A stretch of DNA of 64,000 nucleotides from Ignavibacteriales bacterium (GTDB taxonomy: Bacteria; Bacteroidota; Ignavibacteria; UBA10030): contig JACPLA010000102.1 in assembly GCA_016186715.1 (NCBI GenBank), positions 15,631 through 79,630 of the forward strand, given 5' to 3'. The first letter of the stretch is position 1. Each line of letters begins with the position of its first letter. A model generated the notes under the pieces. The model was not told where the DNA came from. It ran no database searches and worked only from the letters and a program-made list of their open reading frames with translations. A program made the position numbers and the translations under genes. Shown here one piece after another: positions 27,956 through 38,218 of the stretch.

Positions 27956-29551
27956 TCAGTGGCGGAAGTGACGGACTCCCGTAAAGACCATGGCGATGTG
28001 ATGATCGTCGGCGGCCCTGATGACTTCCTCATCCCTCACAGACCCGCCAGGCTGAATCACGGCTGTCGCTCCGACTTTGACGGCTTCCAGGAGGCCATCG
28101 GCAAAAGGAAAGAACGCGTCCGAGGCCACCGAGCAACCCCGCAAATCAAGTCCCGCTTCGGTCGCTTTTAACGAAGCGATCTTCGCGGAATCAACCCGCG
28201 ACATCTGGCCCGCACCGACTCCAAGTGTCCTGTCTCCCCGCGCATACACGATCGCATTGGATTTCACGTGCTTGGCTACGGTCCAGGCAAACAACAGTCC
28301 TTGAAGTTCGGGCTCAGTTGGTTTTCTTTTTGTGACGGTTTTCACGTCCCCCGCCCTCATTTCCCGAACATCCGTCTCCTGAACCAAAAATCCGCCGCCA
28401 ACCCGTCGCACATCATAACCCCTCGACCGCCCCTCCGTTTCTTTCTGCAGAATGAGCCGCCGTTCTTTCTTCCTCTGAAGAATGACCATGGCTTCCTGTG
28501 AGAAAGAAGGTGCAACCACCGCTTCCAAAAAAATCTCATTCAATGCATCTGCCGTCTCAGAATCAACCTCACGATTCAAAGCAACAATTCCTCCAAAGGC
28601 CGATTTCGAGTCTGTGGCGAGGGCATGACGATACGCTTCCAGAAGCGTATGGCCGGTTCCAGCGCCGCAGGGGTTGGTGTGTTTGACAACAACCGCGGCC
28701 GGTCGATCGAACTCCCCCACGAGCCCCAAGGCGGCGTCAAGATCAAGGAGATTGTTGTAAGAAAGCACTTTGCCGTGAATTTGTTCGATCCATTTGCCGA
28801 GGGCACCGTAGAAACCAGCCAGCTGATGCGGGTTTTCACCATATCGAAGCGTGAATGACCTCGGCTCGGCAATAGTCAACACGGAAGGAAGCCCTTCGTT
28901 TGACCCCCGGGATGCAAGGTACCCGGCAACCGCGGCGTCGTAGCGAGTCGTCTGCTGGAACGCTTCCTGTGCAAGCCGGTACCTCATGGACTCCGTGAGG
29001 GCGCCTTGATGAGCTTCTAATTCGGCCAACACCGAATCGTACCGCTCCGGATTCACAACGACGGCTGTGTGTCGAAAGTTTTTCGCCGACGCCCGTACCA
29101 TCGCGGGTCCCCCGATGTCAATGTTCTCAATAACTTCACGCTCGGATACTCCCGGCCGGGCAACTGTTTCCTCAAACGGATAGAGATTTGCAACCACAAG
29201 ATCGATCGGCCTGATACCGAGCTTTTTCAGCTCTTCGATGTGGCGTGGATCGTCGAGAGCCGCCAGGAGCGCCGCATGAATATTCGGATGTAACGTTTTG
29301 ACCCGGCCATCGAGGATTTCGGGGAATCCGGTAACCTCGGAAACCGGCGTCACCCTGAGTCCTGCTTCACTGAGAGTTCTGAACGTCCCGCCGGTTGAGA
29401 TGATCTCGATGCCGAATTTCTCCAATGCTTTCGCAAACTCCACGATCCCTGTTTTATCCGAGACACTTAGAAGCGCACGCTGGATCAGGAGATTGTTCTC
29501 TTTTTCTCCCCCGGCGGCTGGCATTAGATTTGGAATGGTTATTGGATCCAC
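27956..29551 (-). CDS. purH: Bifunctional AICAR transformylase / IMP cyclohydrolase
   Basis: A 531-aa protein: an MGS-like N-terminus (ALLSVSDKTGIVEFAK) plus the AICARFT domain. Confidence 0.9.
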   Translation of the reverse strand: MDPITIPNLMPAAGGEKENNLLIQRALLSVSDKTGIVEFAKALEKFGIEIISTGGTFRTLSEAGLRVTPVSEVTGFPEILDGRVKTLHPNIHAALLAALDDPRHIEELKKLGIRPIDLVVANLYPFEETVARPGVSEREVIENIDIGGPAMVRASAKNFRHTAVVVNPERYDSVLAELEAHQGALTESMRYRLAQEAFQQTTRYDAAVAGYLASRGSNEGLPSVLTIAEPRSFTLRYGENPHQLAGFYGALGKWIEQIHGKVLSYNNLLDLDAALGLVGEFDRPAAVVVKHTNPCGAGTGHTLLEAYRHALATDSKSAFGGIVALNREVDSETADALNEIFLEAVVAPSFSQEAMVILQRKKERRLILQKETEGRSRGYDVRRVGGGFLVQETDVREMRAGDVKTVTKRKPTEPELQGLLFAWTVAKHVKSNAIVYARGDRTLGVGAGQMSRVDSAKIASLKATEAGLDLRGCSVASDAFFPFADGLLEAVKVGATAVIQPGGSVRDEEVIRAADDHHIAMVFTGVRHFRH

Positions 29552-30153
29552 ACGGTGTTTCCTTGAATCCGAATTCGTTTCTCGGCAAACGCCTTCAACG
29601 CAAGCGGGTAGATTTCATGTTCGATTTCCAGGACTTTCGCAGCAAGAGTTACCGGAGTGTCCGTCGGGGAGACCGCAACGATTTTTTGCATCACAATGGG
29701 GCCACGGTCGTATTCTTCGTCCACCAGATGAACGGTGGCCCCGGTCACCTTCACTCCGGATTGAAGAACAGCCTCGTGCACCCGGATCCCATACATTCCG
29801 GGTCCGCCGAACGCCGGGAGAAGTGCCGGATGAACATTGGCGATTCGATTCCGATATCGCCCGATGAGTTTCGGAGAAAGCTTCTTCATGTATCCCGCAA
29901 GAGCGACAAAATCGACGTTATGATCTTGCAGGACCGAGATCGTTTTTGCCACGAACGCATCCTCGGACGGAAACTGTCTCTGGCTGATATGATACCCGGG
30001 GATATTCCGTGTCCGGGCAACCTCCAGCGCTCCCGCACCGGAGTTGTTGCTTATCACGACACAGACCCGAGCTGGAAGGTTACCGCGGTGTATTGCGCTG
30101 AGGATTGCTTCAAAGTTTGAGCCGCGTCCCGACGCAAAGACGGCAATATTCAT
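29539..30153 (-). CDS. purN: Phosphoribosylglycinamide formyltransferase
   Basis: MNIAVFASGRGSNFEAIL… and NVHPALLPAFGG (formyltransferase motif), overlapping the purH start. Confidence 0.85.
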   Translation of the reverse strand: MNIAVFASGRGSNFEAILSAIHRGNLPARVCVVISNNSGAGALEVARTRNIPGYHISQRQFPSEDAFVAKTISVLQDHNVDFVALAGYMKKLSPKLIGRYRNRIANVHPALLPAFGGPGMYGIRVHEAVLQSGVKVTGATVHLVDEEYDRGPIVMQKIVAVSPTDTPVTLAAKVLEIEHEIYPLALKAFAEKRIRIQGNTVWIQ

Positions 30154-30249
30154 TCAAGAGGGTTCGAGCGAAAACGTGATCCGGCCGGTAGCCAATGTAA
30201 CGATAAGTCGCAGGATTGTCAATGAATTGCGATGTTTCGGGTCTGACAA

Positions 30250-31191
30250 TTACCTCACGGCAGATTCCACGATCTCCAGGGTACGATGGGAGGCGCTGAC
30301 TCGGGTGCGACTCCCGATGGGAAGGGTGAGTTTTCGTGGAATGTGCCCGTATTGAAGGTTCGACAGAACCGGAACGGGACTGCTTTCAATTACTTCGGCC
30401 AGGACTTGGTCAATGGTCAGATGTGGCTTGGACGGATCCGGAGGATGGCAATCTGTAAAACATCCCAGCAAGAGAGCGGTGATCGTCTTGAACACTCCCG
30501 CGTTGCGAAGCTGGGCAAACATCCGGTCCACCCGGTGCGGTGCCTCATCGACATCCTCAACAACCAAAACTGCCTTCCTGTAGTCTGCTGCATAGGGGGT
30601 TCCGTGGTTCGACATTAAGCAAGACAGATTACCCCCCATCAACCGCCCCGATCCTTTTCCCCTTCCGTGACTTCTCAGAGGAACGTCGGGAGGATTCTCC
30701 AGAAGGCCGATTTTCGTCGTGGAGGTGATGACTTTCCAAAAATGCTCTTCCGTATACGGGTCGATGTCGTTCCACATTTCGACTCCGGCCATAGGTCCTG
30801 AAAACGTAATCAATCCTGTCTTCCGGAACAGGGCGAGTTGAAGTGAAGTCAGATCGCTGTATCCGACAATGATTTTGGGATCACGCTTTACCGCCTGGAA
30901 ATCGATTCTCCGGAGAATGCGGGGTGTTCCATAGCCTCCTCGAACGGCAATGATCGCCCTGACGGAACGGTCTCGAAACATTTCGTTCAGGTCCGATGTC
31001 CGATCCTCATCCCGTCCGGCAAGGTAGCCAACTTCATCCATCACATGCTTACCGATCTTCACACGATACCCCAGATGCTCGAGATATTGTGTGCTTTTTT
31101 CAATTTTATCGGGAGATGATGGCGCGCTCGCAGGGGAAACAAGCCCAATCACATCCCCCTTCCGGAGCCTTGGCGGTTTCACGATTTTCAT
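30250..31191 (-). CDS. LD-carboxypeptidase (peptidase S66, muramoyl-tetrapeptide carboxypeptidase-like)
   Basis: LRKGDVIGLVSPASA… and the S66 length and architecture. Confidence 0.75.
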   Translation of the reverse strand: MKIVKPPRLRKGDVIGLVSPASAPSSPDKIEKSTQYLEHLGYRVKIGKHVMDEVGYLAGRDEDRTSDLNEMFRDRSVRAIIAVRGGYGTPRILRRIDFQAVKRDPKIIVGYSDLTSLQLALFRKTGLITFSGPMAGVEMWNDIDPYTEEHFWKVITSTTKIGLLENPPDVPLRSHGRGKGSGRLMGGNLSCLMSNHGTPYAADYRKAVLVVEDVDEAPHRVDRMFAQLRNAGVFKTITALLLGCFTDCHPPDPSKPHLTIDQVLAEVIESSPVPVLSNLQYGHIPRKLTLPIGSRTRVSASHRTLEIVESAVR

Positions 31192-31205
31192 GTTAGATTC
31201 CAGCG

Positions 31206-31928
31206 ATGAGCTTTCTCATACCTCGGCGACAATTCGACCCCGCGATCCAGGAAATGATGGACCGTTCGGAAACCGACCCCGACGTTCTTCGGGACGACCT
31301 GGCCAACCTCAGAACGATCAACAAATACTTCGGGGGACTCGAAGCCAATCGAAAGAGCATCCTCCCCTTGTTTCAGGAAATCCCCGCGGAACGGGAGCTT
31401 ACGATTCTTGACCTTGCAACCGGTTCGGCGGATCAACCCATCGCACTGGTACGTTTTGCCCGCAGAGAGGGCCGAAAAATCCGTATCGTCGCTCTCGATA
31501 AGAACCCTGTGATGCTCTCCGTGGCACGGGCGGAGTGTTCTGCCTTCCCCGAAATCACCATCGAAGAAAGGGACCTTCTCACCCTTCCCTATCCTGACAA
31601 CAGTTTTGATTTCGTTCTTTGTTCGCTCGCCATTCACCACTTTTCGCGAGGCGACGCGATTGAAATCCTCCGGTCGATGAAACGTCTCAGCCGGGTCGCT
31701 CTGGTCGTTCATGACCTTCACCGAAGCTGGATCACGGCGTGGGCCGCCTGGCTCTACACCCACCTCACCACCCGAAATCCCATAACACTGTTTGACTCTT
31801 ATCTCTCTGCCCGTAGAGCTTTTACAGCGGAAGAACTTGAGTCCATGGCTCGGGAGGCCGGAGTACATCGGAAAACAATCACGCGCTATCCTTTCTTTCG
31901 CCTCGTGCTTGTGGGATTCCCCGATTGA
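31206..31928 (+). CDS. Class I SAM-dependent methyltransferase
   Basis: Motif I ILDLATGSADQ and a downstream acidic residue, in a 240-aa protein. Confidence 0.7.
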   Translation: MSFLIPRRQFDPAIQEMMDRSETDPDVLRDDLANLRTINKYFGGLEANRKSILPLFQEIPAERELTILDLATGSADQPIALVRFARREGRKIRIVALDKNPVMLSVARAECSAFPEITIEERDLLTLPYPDNSFDFVLCSLAIHHFSRGDAIEILRSMKRLSRVALVVHDLHRSWITAWAAWLYTHLTTRNPITLFDSYLSARRAFTAEELESMAREAGVHRKTITRYPFFRLVLVGFPD

Positions 31929-31929
31929 A

Positions 31930-32730
31930 TCAAAACGCCATCAAAGCAGCTTTCCGTTTCCGATTCTTCTGCTCATCGTTGAAGCCTCTCTGATATCCGT
32001 AGACGGCCGCCTCCCATTCTCCATACATCGGATTAGGCAGAACGATAAATCGATGTCCGAATTCCATCCGGTAACTGTCTGTCACTTCGAACCTTTTTTC
32101 AACCGGTTGCTTTTCAAAAAGAGCAGCCATGTCGTTCAGATTATCGCCCAAAAGAAGAACGATGTCATGAGTTCGCTCGATCGTTCTTCGACGTGTCTCT
32201 TTGCTCGATTCAGCCGCCATCAGTAAGAGGCGGCTCTTTTCTACCTGAGGGAATTTTTTGGTCTTAAGATTATAGAGGGTACCGTCGAATTCTTTCTGCT
32301 CCGAACGGTTTGAGACATAGAAGATATCGTATCCACGGGACACCGCATACGTGAGAAACTCGACAGAGCCGGGAAGAGGCTCTGCCTCGGCGCGACCCAC
32401 CCAATCGGTCCAGGCAAACGGAAACACCTCGTTTTCAGCAATGAGTTTCGCCATATGCGGGCTATTGTCGAGGATCGTCTCATCAATATCCACAACAACG
32501 GCCCGACGCCGTGTGCTCCTGTTTGTGTCGAGGTCTCTTTCCAGCTGCAGGCGCGCGATGTTGAACGCCTGGTATGAGAGCGCCCGCCATTCCGCAGACC
32601 GCTGAACCCAAAGAACAGACATGACAAGGTGTTCGTTGCGCGACAGATTTGCGGACTCGTTGGGATTCCAACCAAGTCCCAGGGCTGTCGCCATTAAAAG
32701 TGTGGCGACCGGAAGGTTCAGTATACGCAT
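31930..32730 (-). CDS. HAD-superfamily class B/C acid phosphatase (lipoprotein e(P4)-like 5'-nucleotidase)
   Basis: DIDETILDN…FYVSNR…GDNLND are HAD motifs, with the signal peptide MRILNLPVATLLMATALG. The start is at the internal ATG. Coordinates here are ±1. Confidence 0.7.
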   Translation of the reverse strand: MRILNLPVATLLMATALGLGWNPNESANLSRNEHLVMSVLWVQRSAEWRALSYQAFNIARLQLERDLDTNRSTRRRAVVVDIDETILDNSPHMAKLIAENEVFPFAWTDWVGRAEAEPLPGSVEFLTYAVSRGYDIFYVSNRSEQKEFDGTLYNLKTKKFPQVEKSRLLLMAAESSKETRRRTIERTHDIVLLLGDNLNDMAALFEKQPVEKRFEVTDSYRMEFGHRFIVLPNPMYGEWEAAVYGYQRGFNDEQKNRKRKAALMAF

Positions 32731-32734
32731 TAGT

Positions 32735-34390
32735 CTAGTTGTAGTGTTTTGTGGATGACCAGGCCTCGTCAAGAGGCACTTTAAGTCCTCGTGCGACAAA
32801 GATGGGAAGATTATTCTCATATGGCATGCAATAGGTACACACGGAGACCCCCGCCCTTTGGACATTCTCAAAAGCGCGAAGGTGATCTTCTTCCTCCCCG
32901 CCAACAATAATGACCGCATGCACGGAATCAGTCCCCGGCCCCCAGAGAAAGTAATTATTGTGACCGCTCACGACCCGGGGCAATCCAAAATGCCGTCCAA
33001 AAAAGTTCAAGGCTCCCGCTTCTCCGTAGTTCTGCGTGTAAATCAAAGACCTGGACTGGTCCTTGGGAGAAAGACCTCTGTGGACGCTTACGACGGTTGC
33101 CGTCAGTTCTTCCCATCCGAAGCAATCGGCATACAATTGCGGCAACGCGCCCAGCGGGTTATTCTCCTCGGCCCGAGGTTCAATTCCGACGACTCGAGCA
33201 TACCGGATGAAAGACTCCACTGGAAGAATCGGTACCGTGAGGGGAACCGTGGCAATTCCCCCCAATGCCAACAGGGCAATCAGTACCGGCTTCATCCATT
33301 TTCTGCCCCGCTGTTCGATCCACTGCTGAATGATGACTCCTCCGGCAGCAATCAGGATCGTATAAATGGGGGCCAGATAATAGACCTTGCTGTTTTGAAC
33401 AACGAGGAACACAAAGATCACCGCATACATCCACCCGAACAAACGGTATTGCTTTCCGTCCGGATGAAAAAAGAAATACCAGAGCCCGGCAACCCAGATC
33501 GGAAAGACGAGAGGATGCAGATATTCGACTTGTCCCAGGAGGAATTCGACGGGCCCCATGGAAGCGATCTTGTACCGCTGGGCTTGCTCAATGAATTCCA
33601 GCGTCGGCCAGCCATAAACTATTTGCCACACAATATTCGGTAAGACGATGAGAGCCGCAATCAGGCCACCGAGCCAGATCCATTTCCTCCTCAGCACAAT
33701 TCGTTCGGGGGTGAGCAGCAGTCCGATAACCAGGCCGAATCCAAGGAACAGCACGCTGATTTTGTTCATGAGTCCAAGGCCGGCAACAAGCCCGAAGAGG
33801 AGCCAGACTTCCTGCCGTCCGTGTTTCAGGATGACGAGAAGAAGGAAGAGGAGGATATTCCAGAACAGGAGATCAAAGGCGTTCATGGAATAGAATCCTG
33901 CGATGGCGAGATAGGCGGGAGCGATGATCACCGCCAGGCATGCAAGACTGATGGCAAACTTTCTTCCCCCGAGTTCCCGGACCATCAGGCCGGTGACGTA
34001 AACGCTTGCAGCCCCGGCGAGTGCAGGAAGGAAGCGGAGAGCAACAAGGGAATCGCCCAGGACGAGGCGATTCATCGCAAGGATCAAGATCGACAGGGGA
34101 GGATGGTCCACGTATCCCCAGGCAAGATGTTCGCTGCATGCAATGTAGTAAAGCTCATCGCGGAAATAGCCGTAGCCGCCAAGGGCGCTTGTCAACACAT
34201 GGACGAAGAGTCTGACAAATGCAAGGGAGACAATCAGGAATGACGACGAGGAAATTTCCGCCTCATCGGCGACAGCCGGAAGCTGAATGGCAGGCGCATC
34301 TCCATATTCATGTATGACACGGGCTTTGCCACCCACGGTGAGCCTTTCGAATGGGCGTTCAGCGTTTTTCTGTGACGACTGCGAACGCAC
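32735..34390 (-). CDS. ArnT/PMT-like glycosyltransferase (GT39/GT83 family, undecaprenyl-phosphate-sugar dependent)
   Basis: About 12 TM helices with an N-terminal RDELYY loop motif (the DE motif of ArnT/PMT). Confidence 0.7.
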   Translation of the reverse strand: MRSQSSQKNAERPFERLTVGGKARVIHEYGDAPAIQLPAVADEAEISSSSFLIVSLAFVRLFVHVLTSALGGYGYFRDELYYIACSEHLAWGYVDHPPLSILILAMNRLVLGDSLVALRFLPALAGAASVYVTGLMVRELGGRKFAISLACLAVIIAPAYLAIAGFYSMNAFDLLFWNILLFLLLVILKHGRQEVWLLFGLVAGLGLMNKISVLFLGFGLVIGLLLTPERIVLRRKWIWLGGLIAALIVLPNIVWQIVYGWPTLEFIEQAQRYKIASMGPVEFLLGQVEYLHPLVFPIWVAGLWYFFFHPDGKQYRLFGWMYAVIFVFLVVQNSKVYYLAPIYTILIAAGGVIIQQWIEQRGRKWMKPVLIALLALGGIATVPLTVPILPVESFIRYARVVGIEPRAEENNPLGALPQLYADCFGWEELTATVVSVHRGLSPKDQSRSLIYTQNYGEAGALNFFGRHFGLPRVVSGHNNYFLWGPGTDSVHAVIIVGGEEEDHLRAFENVQRAGVSVCTYCMPYENNLPIFVARGLKVPLDEAWSSTKHYN

Positions 34391-35027
34391 GTACCGGAAA
34401 GGATCCGAACTTCTTCACTCTTACCGGAACTGCAAAGAAGCGAAATCCGTCGTCGGGGAGTCGGTCCAAATGACAGAGATGTTCGCAGACCGGGATGCCT
34501 GCTCCAAGCAGCAATGTATGAGCGGGCCTTGAGCCGTCGCGTGTATCGTCGATATTGTACGAATCGATCCCAACGAAGGCCGCTTTCTGATTCACGAGGA
34601 GCTCGGATGCATCCCTCGTGAGAAAAGGATGGCCGCTGAAGTACTGCTGTGTCCGCCAGTAGCGATCCCACCCTGTGTGAAAGAGAACGGCTTTTTGATG
34701 GAGATCGAGGTCCTTGAGAACGTCCTTGTTGATGGACTTCGTCGTACGCGGAATTCGCACAACAGCCCCCGGCAAGTCGGCAAGAGACTCAAGCGAAAGA
34801 TCGGCCAGATCTTTTCCGTCTGCGAACCGGTGAAACGGGGCATCGACATAGGTACCGGTATTCGCGACCATGGTAATAGCGCCGACCTGGAATTCCGTTC
34901 CAGGGGAATATCGGTCGCGCGACTCTTCCCTGCTCATGAAATCAGAAATCGCCGGTGCGGGAAGACCCTCGTAGGTCACCATGCCATGTTCGACGGTATG
35001 ACTGAGATCGACAAGTCGGGACGCCAT
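34359..35027 (-). CDS. Putative cyclase family protein (kynurenine formamidase-like fold)
   Basis: MASRLVDLSHTVEHGM…DAPFHRFADG…HTGWD are cyclase-family motifs. The start is at the internal ATG. Confidence 0.7.
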   Translation of the reverse strand: MASRLVDLSHTVEHGMVTYEGLPAPAISDFMSREESRDRYSPGTEFQVGAITMVANTGTYVDAPFHRFADGKDLADLSLESLADLPGAVVRIPRTTKSINKDVLKDLDLHQKAVLFHTGWDRYWRTQQYFSGHPFLTRDASELLVNQKAAFVGIDSYNIDDTRDGSRPAHTLLLGAGIPVCEHLCHLDRLPDDGFRFFAVPVRVKKFGSFPVRAFAVVTEKR

Positions 35028-35035
35028 GCTGGCGC

Positions 35036-35869
35036 CTACAGTCTTTTCTTTTCCTGAATCGTCCCCACGATTCGGGCAACGAAGTTCATCGGAAACAGCC
35101 GAACGACAATTGTGCCGAGCTTGTTCAACACTCCGGGGACAATAATTGTCTTGCCTGCCATCATTCCTTCGTATCCGGCGCGTGCCACGATCCTCGAATC
35201 CAGGCCGGTAAATTGCAGAAGGGGGTTTCGCCTGATTCCGGCTCGAATTTGAAACCCGGTGGCCGTGGGACCCGGGCAAAGGACGCTCACCGAGACGCCG
35301 CTTCTGCGAACCTCGTGAGCCAACCCGACGGAAAAGCTGATAACAAATGCTTTTGTGGCATAATAGCTCACCATCAGCGGTCCGGCCTGAAATCCCGCCG
35401 TGGATGCTACGTTCAGGACGTGTCCCCTTCCTTGCTGGACCATCGCCGGAAGAAACATCTTCGTCAAATGAACAAGCGCAAGAACATTGAGCCTGATCTG
35501 TGAGAGCTGCTCTTCTGTTGGCAAAGAAACAAACGCTCCCAGAGAGCCAAAACCCGCATTATTTATGAGAACGTCAACGGAGATGTTTTCCCTCTTCAGC
35601 TCTTTGAAGATTTGGGCGGGCACCGAGGGATCAGAGAGGTCTTTTGCAATCACCTTCGCCGAAACGCCAAACATTTCACGTGCCTGATGAGCCAGGGCCT
35701 GCAGTTTCTCCTTGCTCCGTGCAACGAGAATCACGTTATAACCGTTTTGTGCCAGCAACGACGCAAGATCATATCCGATTCCGCTTGAAGCCCCAGTGAC
35801 AAGAGCGGTTTTGTTTGGGTTCCAGGAGACGGGATCTGCTTTTCTTCGCAGGGCGCGTTTTGCCGTCAT
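35036..35869 (-). CDS. Short-chain dehydrogenase/reductase (classical SDR)
   Basis: TGASSGIGYDLA (TGxxxGIG), NNAG and the YxxxK region are present. The start is at the internal ATG MTAKRAL. Confidence 0.8.
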   Translation of the reverse strand: MTAKRALRRKADPVSWNPNKTALVTGASSGIGYDLASLLAQNGYNVILVARSKEKLQALAHQAREMFGVSAKVIAKDLSDPSVPAQIFKELKRENISVDVLINNAGFGSLGAFVSLPTEEQLSQIRLNVLALVHLTKMFLPAMVQQGRGHVLNVASTAGFQAGPLMVSYYATKAFVISFSVGLAHEVRRSGVSVSVLCPGPTATGFQIRAGIRRNPLLQFTGLDSRIVARAGYEGMMAGKTIIVPGVLNKLGTIVVRLFPMNFVARIVGTIQEKKRL

Positions 35870-36059
35870 AAAAGTATGTTGAACATTGAGAGTGCGCGCC
35901 AAGGTACCGAAGGAAAGAAGGAAATGCAACTCCTCCGTGGAGCTCTCTTCATAAACTGTGTGTCGCTCTGTGTAACATTCTCTGAACAAAGGCACGATCG
36001 TGTTTGCATTGGGCCAAGAATTCTTCGTACTTTTCTTCTGCCTGATGAAAGGACCCGAC

Positions 36060-36710
36060 ATGAAGCTTCTTGCGTTCACAGACATCCACGGCTCGTACGA
36101 GCGTGTCGAGCGTGCAATGGTGGGAGAGAGCCCCTTCAGCGCGGTGATCGTCGGCGGAGATCTTACGACGAATGGCACGCCAGCCGAGGCGGAGCGCGCG
36201 GTGAAGCTCTTTCAGAAGAAAGGCGCACCGGTGTTCGTTGTCGCCGGGAACATGGATCCGCCGGAGCTTGAAAAGACATTCATCGCTCTCGACGTGAGCA
36301 TCAATGCACGCGGGGTACTTCTCGACGACGTCGGCCTCTTCGGCGTCTCTGCCTCACCGGTCACACCCATGCACACTCCGTACGAGATTTCCGAAGAGGA
36401 AATTGCGCTCCGTGCTCATGCGGGCTGGAAGGACGTTCAGGCAGCTCGTATCCGCATTTTCGTTCCACATGCTCCCCCTCATAATACCTCGGTCGATCTG
36501 ATCAAGCCCAATAACCACGTCGGAAGTACTGCAATCCGGAAGTTCATTGAGCAGTGCCAACCGGATGTGACAATCTGTGGACATATCCATGAAGCCAGGG
36601 GGCTTGACACCATTGGCAAGACACGCGTCGTCAATTGCGGTCCGGCGGGAAGGGGATACTACGCGGTTATTTCCATCGGAAAAGAGACCTCGGTGGAGTT
36701 GAAGGGATGA
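36060..36710 (+). CDS. Metallophosphoesterase (calcineurin-like, YfcE/MJ0936-like)
   Basis: MKLLAFTDIHGS…GGDLT…AGNMD…HAPP…CGHIHE are metallophosphoesterase motifs. Confidence 0.75.
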   Translation: MKLLAFTDIHGSYERVERAMVGESPFSAVIVGGDLTTNGTPAEAERAVKLFQKKGAPVFVVAGNMDPPELEKTFIALDVSINARGVLLDDVGLFGVSASPVTPMHTPYEISEEEIALRAHAGWKDVQAARIRIFVPHAPPHNTSVDLIKPNNHVGSTAIRKFIEQCQPDVTICGHIHEARGLDTIGKTRVVNCGPAGRGYYAVISIGKETSVELKG

Positions 36711-37309
36711 CGAAACCGGACGTCGTTTTGCTGGATCTTGGCAACGTTCTCATCTCCATCGATCCGGCGGCATTTTCCAGGACGTTGGGACTTGATCACG
36801 AAGAATCCCGCGGCCGGTACCGGAAGAACGTCATCGATCTTGTCCATCAGTACGAAGCAGGAGCAATTGCCTCTCCGGAATATTTCGATCGCCTCGGCGC
36901 GGTGTTTGAAGGAAAGTTTTCCCGGCAGGAACTGAGCGGGGCGATGTTGAACGTGATCGGCAAACCGATCGAGGGGATGGAAGATTTGGTTCGAAGTATT
37001 TCCGGGAGGACGACACTTGGGCTGGTCAGCAACACCAATGAGCTTCATTTTGACCACTGCCGGGCATCGTTTCCCGTGCTGAAGTCGTTCCACCACTTCT
37101 TTCTCTCGTATCGGATGAAATGTCTGAAGCCCGATCCGGAGTACTACAGACATGTTGTGCAATCTCTCGATATCGACCCGCCGCAAATTCTTTTTGTTGA
37201 CGACTTACCTGAGAATACCCGCGCAGCAGAAAAAGCAGGAATGCGGGCGCTGCTGTTTTCAACCACAGCTGAGCTGGAACGGGTATTCCCGTCTTTGTCT
37301 CTCCTGTAG
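36707..37309 (+). CDS. HAD family hydrolase
   Basis: LLDLGNVLI (the DxG motif I variant) and …VDDL (motif IV). There is an ATGA overlap with the upstream stop. Confidence 0.7.
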   Translation: MTKPDVVLLDLGNVLISIDPAAFSRTLGLDHEESRGRYRKNVIDLVHQYEAGAIASPEYFDRLGAVFEGKFSRQELSGAMLNVIGKPIEGMEDLVRSISGRTTLGLVSNTNELHFDHCRASFPVLKSFHHFFLSYRMKCLKPDPEYYRHVVQSLDIDPPQILFVDDLPENTRAAEKAGMRALLFSTTAELERVFPSLSLL

Positions 37310-37327
37310 GTGAGTGTTGAGGCGTTC

Positions 37328-38218
37328 CTACCAGCTTCCCGAGCTTCCTCCTCCGGAAAAACTCCCCCCTCCTCCCGAGAACCCGCCTCCCCCGGAAGAC
37401 CAGCCGCTTCCCGAAGACCATCCGGAGCTTCCGCGGCTCGAAGCCGCCAATTGTTCTCCCCATCGCCTGAATGTGGGATTGTTCCCCAGCAGGAGCTTTA
37501 CTACCGGAAACGTGACGACATAAACGATAAAAGGGATAATCGTCCCAAGAATGGCAAACGGGAACGCAAGCCAGAACGGCATCAGAAAGAAATACAAAAA
37601 CCAGCCCATTCCTCCTTTCTGAACAAGAGCAATAAGAGTAAAAAGGCCAACCACGAATCCGAATATTCCAAGTCCGATGAGCTTCTCCCCGAAGGATTCA
37701 AAACCACCTTCAACCCCGCCATCGGTTTCTTCCGCAACATACGTCCCCTCGATCGTGGCGAGAATTGCTGCAGCGCCGGCTCGAACCCCGCTGTCATAGT
37801 CCCCGTTCTTGAAATGCGGAACAATTTCGTGACGGATGATTTGGCTGCACCTCGCATCGGTCAGCACTCCTTCCAGGCCGTCTCCAGCTTCGATCCGAAG
37901 CTTCCGCTCATCTCTCGCTATCAGGAGCAGAACGCCGTTGTCTTTTTCCCTCTGTCCCAGTTTCCACGTCTCCGCGACTTTGAGAGAAAACTCCTCAACA
38001 GAATATCCTTCCAGACTGATCACGGTCAGCACCGCAACCTGGTCCGAGGTCTTCGTTTCGTGATCTCTGAATTGATTCTCGAGGTCGAAAATCGTCTGGG
38101 AAGAAAGAATTCTTGCATAGTCATTAACTCTTCCCGAAAGGTACGGCACTTCCTGAGAGAGGGCCGGAACGCCATAGAGCAATGACGTGATGACGACAAG
38201 TCGAAGAAGCGCTCTCAT
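37328..38218 (-). CDS. TPM-domain protein (YgcG-like) with C-terminal TM helices and a Gly/Ser-rich tail
   Basis: A signal peptide, the TPM core (VNDYARILS…LLLIARDERKLRIEAG), TM helices, then GSSGWSSGSGWSSGGGGFSGGGGSFSGGGSSGSW. Confidence 0.7.
   Translation of the reverse strand: MRALLRLVVITSLLYGVPALSQEVPYLSGRVNDYARILSSQTIFDLENQFRDHETKTSDQVAVLTVISLEGYSVEEFSLKVAETWKLGQREKDNGVLLLIARDERKLRIEAGDGLEGVLTDARCSQIIRHEIVPHFKNGDYDSGVRAGAAAILATIEGTYVAEETDGGVEGGFESFGEKLIGLGIFGFVVGLFTLIALVQKGGMGWFLYFFLMPFWLAFPFAILGTIIPFIVYVVTFPVVKLLLGNNPTFRRWGEQLAASSRGSSGWSSGSGWSSGGGGFSGGGGSFSGGGSSGSW

Noticed and set aside
37310-38185. 291-aa + strand ORF
   Set aside because: It is antisense to the TPM gene, and its Ser/Pro/Arg low complexity mirrors the Gly/Ser tail of the TPM protein on the other strand.
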